A stretch of DNA of 64,000 nucleotides, taken from Camelus ferus (taxonomy: Eukaryota). Positions 52,560-64,000 of this stretch are shown here, piece by piece. The stretch covers positions 9,178,001 through 9,242,000 of the forward strand of contig NC_045697.1 of the NCBI RefSeq assembly GCF_009834535.1, read 5' to 3'. A program made the translations under genes and the position numbers. A model generated the notes under the pieces. The model did not search any database. It was given only the letters and a program-made list of their open reading frames with translations, and was not told the origin of the DNA. Position 1 is the first letter of the stretch. Each line of letters starts with the position of its first letter.

Positions 52560-53300
52560 AAAAGTTTATCCAAATTTTTGGTAAAGTATCTTGTCATTAC
52601 AAGAAGCAAGGAATACTAGAATGTCCAGAATTACATTAAGGAGGATCAGGAGTCAAATCAGCAGCCCTGGGCAAAGAAAGGACAACTGAAGCGTCATTAA
52701 AGATAACAATTGTGATGTGTTCATATTCATTACATTTATTTAAATGCATTAGTAGGTAATAGACACAAAAAAGCAAAAAAAAATTGATCATTTTTCTGTA
52801 TATTTTCCCATTATTATATATTTTGGAAGATACCAGTGAATCATCTTGTTATGTTGAAAGTTAGTAAATAAAGGGAAAGAATAAACTATTTATTTTGCCC
52901 TGTTTAACAACCTGTATCTCAGATTAACTAAATACCTGATGAAAGTAAATTTCTTCTTGTAGGAATATTTCAGCTAGTAAAGAAATTAGGAATGACAGAA
53001 TATGACAACTTTTGTAACTGCTAATGGATTTTTGATTCATGGCAAGGATCATTCATGACTACTAAATCCCAAAGAGACAAAATGACACTGCATACCTCGT
53101 GAGAGTTACACAGTACCACCTGTGAAGTAATCTTGACCAAATATAAAACCTGAATCTTATGAAGTCTCTAGATATAAGCACCAACTAATAGGAACTATAA
53201 ACAACCATGAAGACCCAATCACTAAGACCAGATTGTGGGGAACTCTACATACAGCACAGGGAGCTGTATTTCACATCTTGTAGTACCTATAACGAAAAAG
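52560..53300 (+). mobile_element. Ancient L1 3' UTR (L1MC4/5-like)
   Basis: aaagggaaagaataaactattt...acagtaccacctgtgaagtaatcttgacc...aacctgaatc...ccagattgtggggaactctac. Confidence 0.7.
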
Positions 53301-53489
53301 AATATTTAAAAACCCATAGAAGTATTCTCTGTTATTTCTCTGAGGAGTCAACTTCCCTTATTTATTTTATATTCCTGTTCACACTAGATATGTGATTCCC
53401 ACTCAGATCTAAACCACCTCCTCTTTTGCAAATTAGTGTGTATAAGACTTGAACATTCAAAACACTTCAAGAAACACAAAAGAAGGACT

Positions 53490-53595
53490 TTTTATCTACT
53501 TTGTTCATTACTCTGCCCTCACTGCCAAGAATATTTTCTGGAAATTAGTAACTGCTCAATTACTGTCTGTTGAATGAATGAATGAATGAATGACT
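53490..53595 (+). mobile_element. L2 3' end with (GAAT)n tail
   Basis: ttgttcattact...gctcaattactgtctgttgaatgaatgaatgaatgaatga. Confidence 0.75.
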
Positions 53596-53714
53596 CACTC
53601 ATATTTAGTTAAGCATAAAGTTGAGATTTGACCCCATGTTTCTGATTTCCAACGTAGCTTAATTGCCACCTCACCAACATAGTAAACACTGTTGATTATC
53701 TGCCTCATACACAC

Positions 53715-54053
53715 TGGTCCAACTGAGTGTACACCCCTAAGACAATTTCTAGCATGCCCTCAGCTTCCCACCTGAAGCATTCATTTTTTTTTCTCTTCTT
53801 CGCCTGGTGGTTTTCTTCTGTGGGTATGAGGGCACAGCCAGAGTGCATAGCCCCAGGAAAGCCCCAGGCGCAACCCTCAAGTAACGGGGCAAAGTGGGCC
53901 AGTGAACAAGTGCTCTAGCCTTTCCACCTTCTGATGGAGCAGTTCTAAAGTGTGATTCGTGTGGTGGTTCAGAGAACCCCAGGGGGAGAACTGAACCCAG
54001 TTTTCCACAATAGGTGTCTAGAGAAGTTTTAGGGAAACTTACTTAAGCTAACA
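53715..54053 (+). mobile_element. LTR16-family LTR (ERVL), internally deleted
   Basis: cagccagagtgc...gcagttctaaagtgtgattc...aaccccagggggagaactgaacccagttttccaca. Confidence 0.65.
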
Positions 54054-54124
54054 CGTTTGTGCCTTATCCTTGCGACTTCTGTGATCGCAACTTTCCACAG
54101 CGGAAAGGCATAGCTGTTCCAAAA

Positions 54125-54300
54125 TCTTTATATACATTTATGCCTCACAAGCCCTTGTGAAGTAAGTGCTATTATTCTTAATTTAGAGGTGAGGAAGCTG
54201 AAGCTCAGAGAAGTTAACTACTTTATCCAGAATATACCTGAAGGTAGTATTGGGGGCCAAGATTTCCATCTAGCTCTGTCAAAACACAGTTGTCATATGC
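54125..54300 (-). mobile_element. MIR SINE
   Basis: cctcacaagcccttgtgaagtaagtgctattatt...gaggtgaggaagctgaagctcagagaagttaa. Confidence 0.78.
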
Positions 54301-55399
54301 TTTCAGCAAATATAAAGTGGTACATTATTGCATTTCTGGGCTAAGGTGGTCAGAAGAGCTAAATTAAATTCTTGATTCAATAGTTGGTTTAAGAGTCTCA
54401 ATTTCATCCAGTTCATTAGCAAGTATCTTATTTTTCATCATTCTGGTGCTTGTACTAAAGAAAAGATGTATATCCTATAAATCACTGCTTCTTGTCTTTT
54501 CACCATTCCTCTTAAGTTTTTAAGGAGCAAGATGATGGAAAATGAAAAAAAAAAAAGGGGGGAAAAAGAAATAGAGAAAGATAAAATCAAGTCTTTAAAC
54601 AGTTTCAAACCTCAAAGCTATTTTGAAGATAAATGACATTCTGAAGGGATAAAGTTAATCTTGAACTTAAGACAAGCCCCTGGTTGGGTTTTCTGCTTGT
54701 CTTACTAATTTGATTTTGGCCTGGCAGTATTTTGTGCCATCAGACACATTTTCAAATCTGTGATCATATACTGGCATTAAGCACGTGTGCCCTATGTTTT
54801 GTTCAGGAGTAATAGTAAAACAATTGAAGAAAATATTAGCACAATGACTAGGGGCCTCCCTATAGAAGAATCAGAAGTGATCAAAGAGGGAGAAGATAAG
54901 TGGGAAACTGGAGGAGAATTTTCTCCAGGGGAAGATGTGAGACCCCTGGAGTCTGTGTAAATGGTACAGGGATTGTTACGAAGGCTGGATTTCAGCCCTG
55001 TTAATGCTTGGATCCATTATGTTAGTCATATCGACAGTCCTTTGGATTAGGAAGTAGGTGAGACCTGGGGAAAAGCAGTTTCCGTTAATCACTTCCATTC
55101 CACAAATACTAAGCATGCAATTCAACGACTTTCAACAAATACATCCATGCAGCCAACATCCAGATCAAGATTAAGAACATACCAGTACTCCAGAATGTTC
55201 TCTTGTGACCCTTCTCCACTCAATTCTTGAAAGTCTTAGACTTCTAGAAAAGGGGGAAGGGAGTAAATTTGCCTTGGGAAACCTGTTAGTATCATATATT
55301 GTTGGATTAACTTTAAGCTTTCATTGGGTTTTCTTTTCTTCCACTTTATTTCTCTAAAGATCTTTCTGTAGAATAAATATTATAACATCCACTTTGTAC

Positions 55400-56013
55400 T
55401 TCTGGTAAGCAGAATTAGAAGATATCCCATAAGATTTCCTGATCCTGGTGTAACATGCCCTGTATAATCCCCAGGACTGTGAATATGATGAATTTTATTC
55501 CTGGTGTTATGTTAAATTATATGGCACAGTTGACCTTAATATATGAAGATTATCTGGGTGGGCCTGACCTAATCCCATTGGCCTTTTGAAAATAGATTTC
55601 CTCTGGCTGCTCACAGAAGAGGAAGTCAGAGAGATTCAAAACTTGAGAGGGGTTTAATGTGAGTGACATTCCCCACTGCAGAATGGAAGGGGCTGCATGG
55701 TCAGGACCGGAGAGCAGCCTAGAAGCAAAGGTGGCCCCCAGCTGACAGGCAACCTGGATGTTCGCACTTCAGGTCACCTGGGAGGGACTGAATTCTGCTA
55801 AGAACAAAAGTAAGCTTGGAAGTAGATTTACCCCAAGAGCCTTCAGATAAGAACTCAGACTGACACTTTGATTTCATCCTGTAATACCTTGAACAGGGAA
55901 CCCAGCCATGTTATGAGGAAGTCCTAACCTACAGAATTGTGTGCTAATAAGTAGGTATTGTCCGAAGTCACCAAACTGTGGTAATTTGTTGTGCAGTTAC
56001 AGAAAACAAATAC
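55400..56013 (+). mobile_element. MLT1E-like MaLR solo LTR
   Basis: ccctgtataatccccaggactgtgaatatgatg...gattatctgggtgggcctgacctaatc...ctgtggtaatttgttgtgcagttacagaaaacaaatac. Confidence 0.85.
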
Positions 56014-57369
56014 CACATTATACTTAATATATGAGTACACTATAGATGTGTTATCTACAAGAACTCTTAATTGCATATTATCTCTTATTCCTGGACTTGG
56101 TGGAGTCAGAGTGAGAGGGTACTGCAAATTTGCATAGCCAAGAGCGTGAGTATAGATGGCAGTGGGTGAAGAATTTGGGATGATTTGCAACCCACCAAAC
56201 ATAGAAAGCACAGTTTTAAGAACTTAGTATGTATTTGTCTTATCTCAGAACTTAGGATGCTGCTTGGCCCAAAATAGGAAATATTTATTGAGTCATTTTG
56301 ATTTTATTAACATAATAACATATGTTTTAGGGTCTCCTCAACTTTTATTTTCTTAAAAAAATCACTAAAGTCTTAAATAATCAAGAGTTGATTGTACTTT
56401 TTATGTACTTTTATTGTACTTTTAATATGATTTTTATGAACACTCATTTTTATCATATATTTGCTCTCTAGATTGCTGGAACAACAAACATTCTGTTGTT
56501 CTTGTGGCTAAAAGAACTTCACTCCTTATATGATGAATGAAAAGTAATCTCAGAGATATCAGAAAAAAAGAGAAAAAAAAAGCATTTATGTCATTAACTG
56601 ATCTGGAAATCTATGACTTTCTTGATTTAAAAAGTGAGGTTCAAAATGAGGTGTTTTCTAGGACTAAAATTTTCTCAAGAACCTCTCAAATAATAGTACA
56701 TTTTGATATGCATGATCTCATTTAATAAAATGTGAAGAGTTGAAATTATGACCTACATTTTAAAGAGGAAGAAACTAGTACACTAAGAAGTAAGGCTGTT
56801 TGTCCAAGTGAGAGATGAGGGTAGAACTCAAAGGGGGCTCTGAGCTTTTCCTAGGGCATAAGGTTACCATAGTTATCGAAACTATTTCTCACTTCCCCTT
56901 GAGGCTAGATGATCTCTCCATTAAAGCTCAACACAAGACAAGGGCACAACATTTCAAATGTTCAGAGTGAACTCCAGGATATGCTTGTTGCCTGCAGGAG
57001 ACAGAGATATTCATTTGTGAAAGATAAAATGTGCGACAAGGGTCAGTATTAGCCTCTAAGTTTGAGTTTAACATTCCTTAAAAATGTGATTTTAAGTTGA
57101 GGGTCTAGGCAAGGAAAAAGCATGTGAAGCTACTCTGTAAAACCCTTTTATTATTTTTATTCTGATTTTGAACTGTATTCTCTTTAGCCAGCTTTAAAAA
57201 TGTATTGACCTAAAGTGAAGTAATTGAATTTTTAGAATGCCCCCTAGTTCACTTATTCGACAAAAATTTATCATGCACCAAGTAAAGGCTGAATATAGTT
57301 TTGGGTGATAAAAACAGAAAAATTAATAAGATGAGACCCTTGTGTTAATAAAATATGTGACAGTACTAT

Positions 57370-57630
57370 TAATAATGGCTGACATTTATTTAATATTTAT
57401 TATATGCCCACTTCAGTTTAAATTGTTTACTTGTATCTATTCATTTAAACTTTACAGTCTTTACAGTCCAATGAGATAGGTATTATAATTATCCACATTT
57501 TATACATAAAAAAGCGGGGCACAGAGAGGTTAAGTGACTTTCCAAATTTCACTAAGTCAGTGAGTTGGAGAGCTGCAGCCCAAACCAAGACATTCTGGTT
57601 CCTGAGCCTGTGCCTAACTGCTATAAAATA
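57370..57630 (-). mobile_element. MIR SINE
   Basis: aataatggctgacatttatt...ggcacagagaggttaagtgactttccaaatttcac. Confidence 0.8.
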
Positions 57631-59196
57631 TTGCTCAGCACACTGCAAAGGCTTGAGCATATTACCCCATGAGAGTGACAATTGACTACAATTATTAGGA
57701 AGTCCTCAGTTGCTAATGTAACAAGAGACATTCTCAACCTTCATTTTTTTCTTCTATTTAATGACACAAAACAGACGGTTGCCAGTTACCAAATCGTGTG
57801 TTCTCTCTTATTCTCCCCTTGTATGTCTCATTTCCTTTTTTAAGAGCTTCTCTTAATTACTTCAATAAAAGAACCACTCTCCTATTAATTTCATGGAATG
57901 GTTGCATGTTTGGGATCGAGATTTCCAATCAGTTTTTCAAAGTCCATCTTGAGTTCTGACTATTCACCAAAGGGAACTGATGTATTTATGGTATACATTT
58001 AAGCCAAGGTACCAGGATGGCAAATGGTGCCTTTCAAGAGCTACTGTGGCCTGTGATTCTTAGGATTTTCCACAGTTCACAGAAAGCTGGTGATGGAATT
58101 GCTCAGTGGAAGCAGCTCTTTTAATTATTGGAGGATTTGCATTAATGGCATGACTGTCCAGCTGTCAAGAAAAAGTACACTCTTCCGTGTTCCTTCTCAG
58201 TGCCCTTGGACCAGCTCTAGAACTAAGCTCCTCACTCCCAGAGTGGCACATTACACATGCACCATCACTCCCACCATTGCACCGTTGCTTAGCAACAGCA
58301 GTACTTGTTCCACTTGCAAGATGGGAAGGAGACAAGTGGATAACCAGGAAAACCCCCAGCCTTGTAACTTCTCATACCACTGCGGAAAAGCATAAAGTGA
58401 GTGCTCAGCCTTAATGCTATCTCAAAATTGCAGCCTGAAGATACTTTTGTTACAAGAAAGGAACTATTAGTATCCACCACACTTAAAATAAGGGTCCCTT
58501 TATCTCTTACAGCCTCAATGGTTCAAGCAGTGCTCTTTATTTATAATCCTGACTGTGTTGTTAACTACTAGGGAGATATTAGTGGTAAATAATCTGATAG
58601 TTAAGTTGCAGGTAAATTGATGAAGAGAAATCAATCAGTCACGCAAACTTTATTGAGGGCTTATTAGGAACACTAATTGCTATCATTTGATGAGTACTTT
58701 CTACGTGTGCAACTTCATGCTAAGTACTCTATACATCACCATGTTTAAGGCTTACAACACTCTTGTGAGATAGAATCTATTATTCTTGCCTTAGGGATGA
58801 GGAAATTACTGGCCCAACAGGTCAAATAAATTGTTCAGTGCCATGCAGAGTGTCAGACTTGAACCTAGGGCTGTTTGACTTTAAATTCTTTTAACCTCTA
58901 AGATCATTTGTCTACTCCACTTGCTACCCAATCCGTGTGCCAGTCTCTGCGATATTTTACAATGGCAGTCATTCCAAAAGTTCTTACATGGCACCATACA
59001 ACTGACTGACTGAAGCTGTCTGTTTTACTAATTCCATTCCTCTCCTTTAATTCTTTTATATTTTCTCTGATTGTTTGGAAGTCAGGAAGATCTGGGATCA
59101 AACATGGACTCTATAACTTACAAGTTTATAAACATTGGTGAATGAGGTTGTATTGTCCATAATTATCAGCTCATAATTATTTTATCAGGCAAGTAC

Positions 59197-59687
59197 TGTG
59201 ACGAGTCTGAGATTTTTTTTTTTCATTTGCAGGATAACAAGCGAATCTACTGCACATAGGTGCCAGTGGGAGACACAAGACTCCTGAGTCAGAGGTAAAG
59301 GCCTTAATTATTCAAGGCTCAGTAAACATCATGAGCTTCATGCTCATATTGGCTTTTCTCGTCCCCAAGGACCATGGGGTGATACAGAGTGGGCCAGATG
59401 GATGCTATGTACTCAACTGGCCTGCATCACAGCTGAGAAATGTTAAGCTTAGAAAATTGCAGTCTTTTAAAGGGGTCTGCTAGAAAGTGTACCCAACATT
59501 TGCCCCATAGGGAGACATTGTCTTTATACTGGCCAGGAAACAAATTTTCCCTCTGCCCTGGGAAAGACACTATCCTTATCTTTTAAGTATGTTGCTATAC
59601 AAACATCCTTAAAAAGCTAATCCAGAATGATGGCTGACATAAGATGTGCAGAAATGTGAGAGATCCGTAGAGAATTCTCTCCCAACA
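59197..59687 (-). mobile_element. MER89/MER110-like ERV1 solo LTR
   Basis: TG...CA termini; gtctgagattt...agacacaagactcctgagtcagag...acaaacatccttaaaaag...gaattctctcccaaca. Confidence 0.7.
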
Positions 59688-60119
59688 GGAGTATCAAATA
59701 ATCAAAAAGATGCTATGAGAAAATTGCCTGCAATAGTATCTTCCACGGAGAAGAAATCTAGTATGTGTTTCTTGAATGAATGAATGAATGAATGAAGAGT
59801 TGACTGATGTTAAGATCCAAATGAGTGAGAGGCTGGAAACAGAAAAATAGGAAAAACTTGAACCTGATTATCAAAAAAAAAATCTTGATTTTATAATTGG
59901 TTCCACAGTTTTTATAGGTGGGGTTTTGAATATATTACAAAGTTTCTGTGAGTCTCATATTTTTCATCTGTAAAATGAAAATTGTAACAAACACTTCAGA
60001 GTTACAATAATTACATGAGACTATATACACACATGTATGCATATATGATGCACATATTGTGTATGCATATGCACATACATGCATAATATATATTACCTGT
60101 TACATAGCTGGCAAACAAT

Positions 60120-60660
60120 ATATTATTATGGACTCTTGCTTTCATATAATGGAAACTAATCTGAGCAGACTTAAGCAGGGGAGGAAACTCAGGGATGTCT
60201 CATAGAACTCAAAGGAAAACTTGCTTCCAGCTCCCAGGAAAGATGGGAAAGAGAGACTAGAAGAATATAGGAATCCTTTCTGCTTCTTATTTCTATTGTT
60301 TTTATTTGTTTATTTTTTTTAGTATGTCTAATTCCTTCTTTTTTCCCTATTTATCAAGATTGTCTTTCTCTGTGTCTGGTATACATGGCAGAATGTAGCC
60401 ATCCCACCCCATGAGATAAGATATGTTTGGGCTCAGCCAGATAGAAAGACATTTTGGTTCTAATTCCAATTTAGGCAGTGTGGAGAGAGCTTTTCATTCA
60501 TTGGGTTAGATGTTCACCTTGGATCAGTCTGCTATGGCCCAGGGCAGGCAGAAGATGTCATACATAGAAAACCTACCTCCATGAGCCCACCCCTGTGGCA
60601 GACGGATGGGCAGTATGCAGCTCCTTGAGAAGAGGGGTAGGTGATAACTCCAGTGTAAAG
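60120..60660 (-). mobile_element. Old MaLR LTR (MLT1K/L-like)
   Basis: ggactcttgctttc...gaaactaatctgagcagacttaagc...ggatcagtctgctatggcccagggcag. Confidence 0.55.
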
Positions 60661-60859
60661 CTATTACCTTTATTATTATACATACTTTGAGAAGGATTTC
60701 TGTCACTTACAAACCAAAGAGTCTTGACCAACATGCTACACAATTAACAGGGAAAGTAGGGTTGGTATGTGTGTGATGGCTGGGGAATCATGTTTTGCAA
60801 AGAGAGAATGATCTGTGTAGAGGTATATCTGGGGGGGGGGAGCAGAAACAAACACATCA

Positions 60860-61184
60860 ACAACAACAACAACAAAAAAAAAAAAACCCAAAGTGTAAAT
60901 ACAAAACAGAAATAGACTCATAGACATAGAATACAAACTTGTGGTTGCCAAGGGTGTGGAGGGTGGGAAGGGATAGATGGGATTTCAAAATTGTAGAATA
61001 GATAAACAAGATTATATTGTAGAGCACAGGGAAATGTATACAAGATCTTATGGTAGCTCACAGAGAAAAAAATGTGACAATGAATATATATATGTTCATG
61101 TATAACTGAAAAATTGTGCTGAACACTGGAATTTGACACAACATTGTAAAATGATTATAAATCAACAAAAAATGTTAAAAAAAA
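60860..61184 (+). mobile_element. Young, short L1 3' end (camelid-type)
   Basis: L1 3' UTR variant with A tail, bracketed by a perfect 16-bp TSD agaaacaaacacatca (60844-60859, 61185-61200). Confidence 0.92.
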
Positions 61185-61429
61185 AGAAACAAACACATCA
61201 TCAAAGAGTCATTACTTTTCATATATTGAAACAAAGACAGTAATCAAAATTCGCACATTTTTATAAGTTCTCTCTCATTGATGGTGGGACCTGGTTATGT
61301 TTCTAAGTCTGTGCAAAGGGCAGGCAGTGAGGGGGGTGGTGGGATTGGGAGGAAAGAATTAAGGCAGGAGAAATGAGCAGGGGGACCAGAGGATGCAGAC
61401 AGCTGTAAAATATATTTCAACTTGATCTA

Positions 61430-61830
61430 AGAGCAATTAGAAACCATTCAATGGCTTTAAGCAGCCATGATCACATGCAAACTTCAGAAATGACGTCTGG
61501 GCAACAGTGTAGAGAAGAGTTGAAAGGGGGAAAGACAGGAGACATGAAAGCCTGTTAGGAATTATTGTGGGTAGAGGTAATGGTACCAACATGGCAGCAA
61601 CTAGGAGAGGAGGGGTGGAAGGTAGTTTCCACATGGCTGGGTCATTGATTGGATATGAAGGTAAAGGGGCAAAGAAGGAGATAAGGATGATGCCTGGTGT
61701 CAATCTCTAGTAATTTACAAATACAAAAGCACATTCCCTATGATGAGAGTCCAGCAGGAGGAGGTTTGAGGGGATTACAACATTCAAGTAAAGAGGACCA
61801 GACAGCAAGTTTAAATCCCAGAGATGCTTC
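61430..61830 (-). mobile_element. L2 fragment
   Basis: aaccattcaatggctttaagcag...ttgattggatatgaaggtaaagggg...aaggatgatgcctgg. Confidence 0.6.
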
Positions 61831-63829
61831 TTAACATGCATAAAGTGAAGATCAGGACACTAAAGCACGTAAGTGTAAGAAAGCTGAGGAGGAAAAGTCA
61901 AAAAAGCAAGAATGGGACTGGAACTTCATATAGAACTATGAAGACAGCACCAAAATGTGAGACTGATTTGAATCTCATTTCTGTTGCTTTGTAACTGCAA
62001 GAACTCCTCTGAAAATTCAAACTCAGCACTGCAGCTAAGGTGCAGGACTTCAGCATAGGTAAACACTTGACCGGCACTAACTCTAGGGACTCTGCTTGGC
62101 AAGCCTTGATGTTTGCCTCTGGGGGACGCTGACGTCTGAGACCTGGATATATTACCATAGGCCTTTCTATATATCTACTTATTATTTTCAACACCCCAGT
62201 GAGCTATTTTATCTTGTTTTATTGAGTTTCTTATTTTTTTTATATCTTCAGTGGGCAGGACAGAACATTCTAAGTTCCCTGCCCCATCTTGCTTTTTTGG
62301 ATGGTGCTTCCACCTTCCTCATGCTGGTCTGGGTCTGCTATTGTGCCAAAAGAATGCAATAAATTCAATAATGCTATATGCTAGTCTTGTTCAGAGATTA
62401 CATGGTCTTCATCTTTTTAAATGTATCCTAGAGTAGACTGCACTGTGCCCAAAGCTGCAAGAAAAAGTACAACAGGAGTTCACAGAGAGGGCTGAGAGTG
62501 ATCCAGTGGAGACATCTGCCTTATGGGTGTAAAAGGTTCCACAGCTACAGTCCCACAACCCAGAAGAATGCTGCAGAATCCAAGACCTAGTCAAAGTTTT
62601 CTGGAACATCTACATATCTGGGTAAATTCACATGAAGCTCAATTAATCTGTAATAGTTTAAAAAGCAAATAAGGTAAAATAATAGAACAAAAGAATTCCT
62701 CTTGAGGCAGCAAGATTTTTATAAAAATTCACTGGGGTTAAGAATGAAGCTGAAGCTGGATGCCTTGCAAGGTCATGAAATAGCCTTGCAGTTTTATCTC
62801 TGGAATCCAGTGTTTACTCATTTTTCAAAAAAAAAAAAAAAAAAAAAAAAAAGGAAAGAAAGAACACACACAATAGCTGCACTAAAATTTCATAGGTTTT
62901 ATGCAAGTAAAAGAATGAAGCTTTAGAATATGATTACTTTGTTATTTTGCAGGTGTGTGATCCTGGGCAAATTATTCAAAGAATTTATTTTTCTGTACCT
63001 TTATAATCAAGATATAATACATACCTTATATTGATTCCTATTAACTACATAGAGAAGTGTCAGGAATATAATAGTAAAGGCTTAATAAATGTTAGCTATA
63101 AACACTATCATCTTTCCATTGTAAATGAGGAAACAGAAATTTAAAGCATTTATGAAATGTTCTAAGGTCTCACATGTAGGAAATAGAAATGTTAGAATTT
63201 AATCTCAGATCCATCAGGCGCCTTTTTCTCCAACACTATGCAAACAATCTCTTTCTAGAATTCAATCAGGGCAGCCCAGGTGATGCCCAGGCAACAGCTT
63301 ACTTGCCTCCGGTAGATCATGGGTATTTAGAGGTTCCCCCATTAACCCCTGTCCAAATTGTTCTCCTAGGGACTTTTATTTATCTAGGGTTCATCAGGTA
63401 TAGAAAAAAATGCATGATATTAATTAACAGCAATTATAAATTCAGTTCAGAGGCATCAAGGTGGAAACTGTATTTGTCAGCTAAAGGAAAAGTGGTCTGA
63501 ACACTGGCATAGGCTTCCACGCATGGGCAATAGAATGGAAATTAATAATCACCTACCACATAGGTCATTTACCCAAAAAATCCCTAGGCAATCGTTTGGA
63601 CCAAGTATATAGAAAATATTAAGCTGGCCCCTAATCTGATGGTGATGATTATTCATGATGCAAAAGAAAAGGGTAATTCTTGAAGTAAATTTCCATCTAT
63701 GCTGGAAAAAGGGGAAAATGTCATACATTCAAGTGAGTTCAGAATTTAAGGAAGATCTTTGGTCAAAGGGAGAAAACCAGATTCGATCCTTTAATTAAGC
63801 TTAACTTCTTTATGCATTACATCTAAGCA

Positions 63830-64000
63830 GCGTGGTTTGGTGGAAAGAGTTATCAATCAAGATGGTATGTAGACATGCAGATCTTAAACTTGGTTCTCTG
63901 AATTGTGTGACCTTGAATAAATCATGTTTGTTCTAGGTGTTTCAGTTTCATCTGGCATAAAATGAAGTAGTTGGACTTGTTTGGGGTATTTCAAATTTCT
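63830..64000 (+). mobile_element. MIR/MIR3 SINE
   Basis: gcagcgtggtttggtggaaagag...tgtgtgaccttgaataaatca...tcagtttcatctggcataaaatg. Confidence 0.7.

Noticed and set aside
1..64000. CpG-island promoter, tRNA, snRNA, rRNA or processed pseudogene
   Set aside because: No CpG-dense stretch and no recognisable RNA gene or mRNA-derived sequence; small exons of a large host gene or lncRNA cannot be excluded without alignment.

Overview
This is AT-rich placental-mammal genomic DNA that looks intergenic or deep intronic. I can support no protein-coding exon, RNA gene, CpG island or CRISPR array. Much of the window is transposable-element relics. Ancient families are MIR, L2, L1MC/L1ME, MER2, MER20, MER33, a near full-length Tigger1, MaLR/ERVL LTRs and a rearranged ERVL internal fragment. 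Five younger L1 3' ends have cetartiodactyl-type 3' UTRs and visible target-site duplications (TSDs), and there is one MER41-like LTR. I saw no Bov-tA/BovA2/CHR/PRE1/ERE/Alu/B1 SINEs, which together with the L1 tails suggests a camelid (inference). The most notable structures are a twin-primed inverted L1 (46773-47033), an old inverted local copy inside an L1 (741-822 vs 1558-1639), an ERVL relic with protease and integrase on opposite strands, a (TAGA)n/(TCTA)n palindrome, an orphan MER41-like fragment next to a full LTR, and several motif-rich candidate enhancers. Repeat family names come from recalled consensus sequences and need RepeatMasker/Dfam confirmation. Boundaries without TSDs are approximate. 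I found no convincing evidence of a new biological system.
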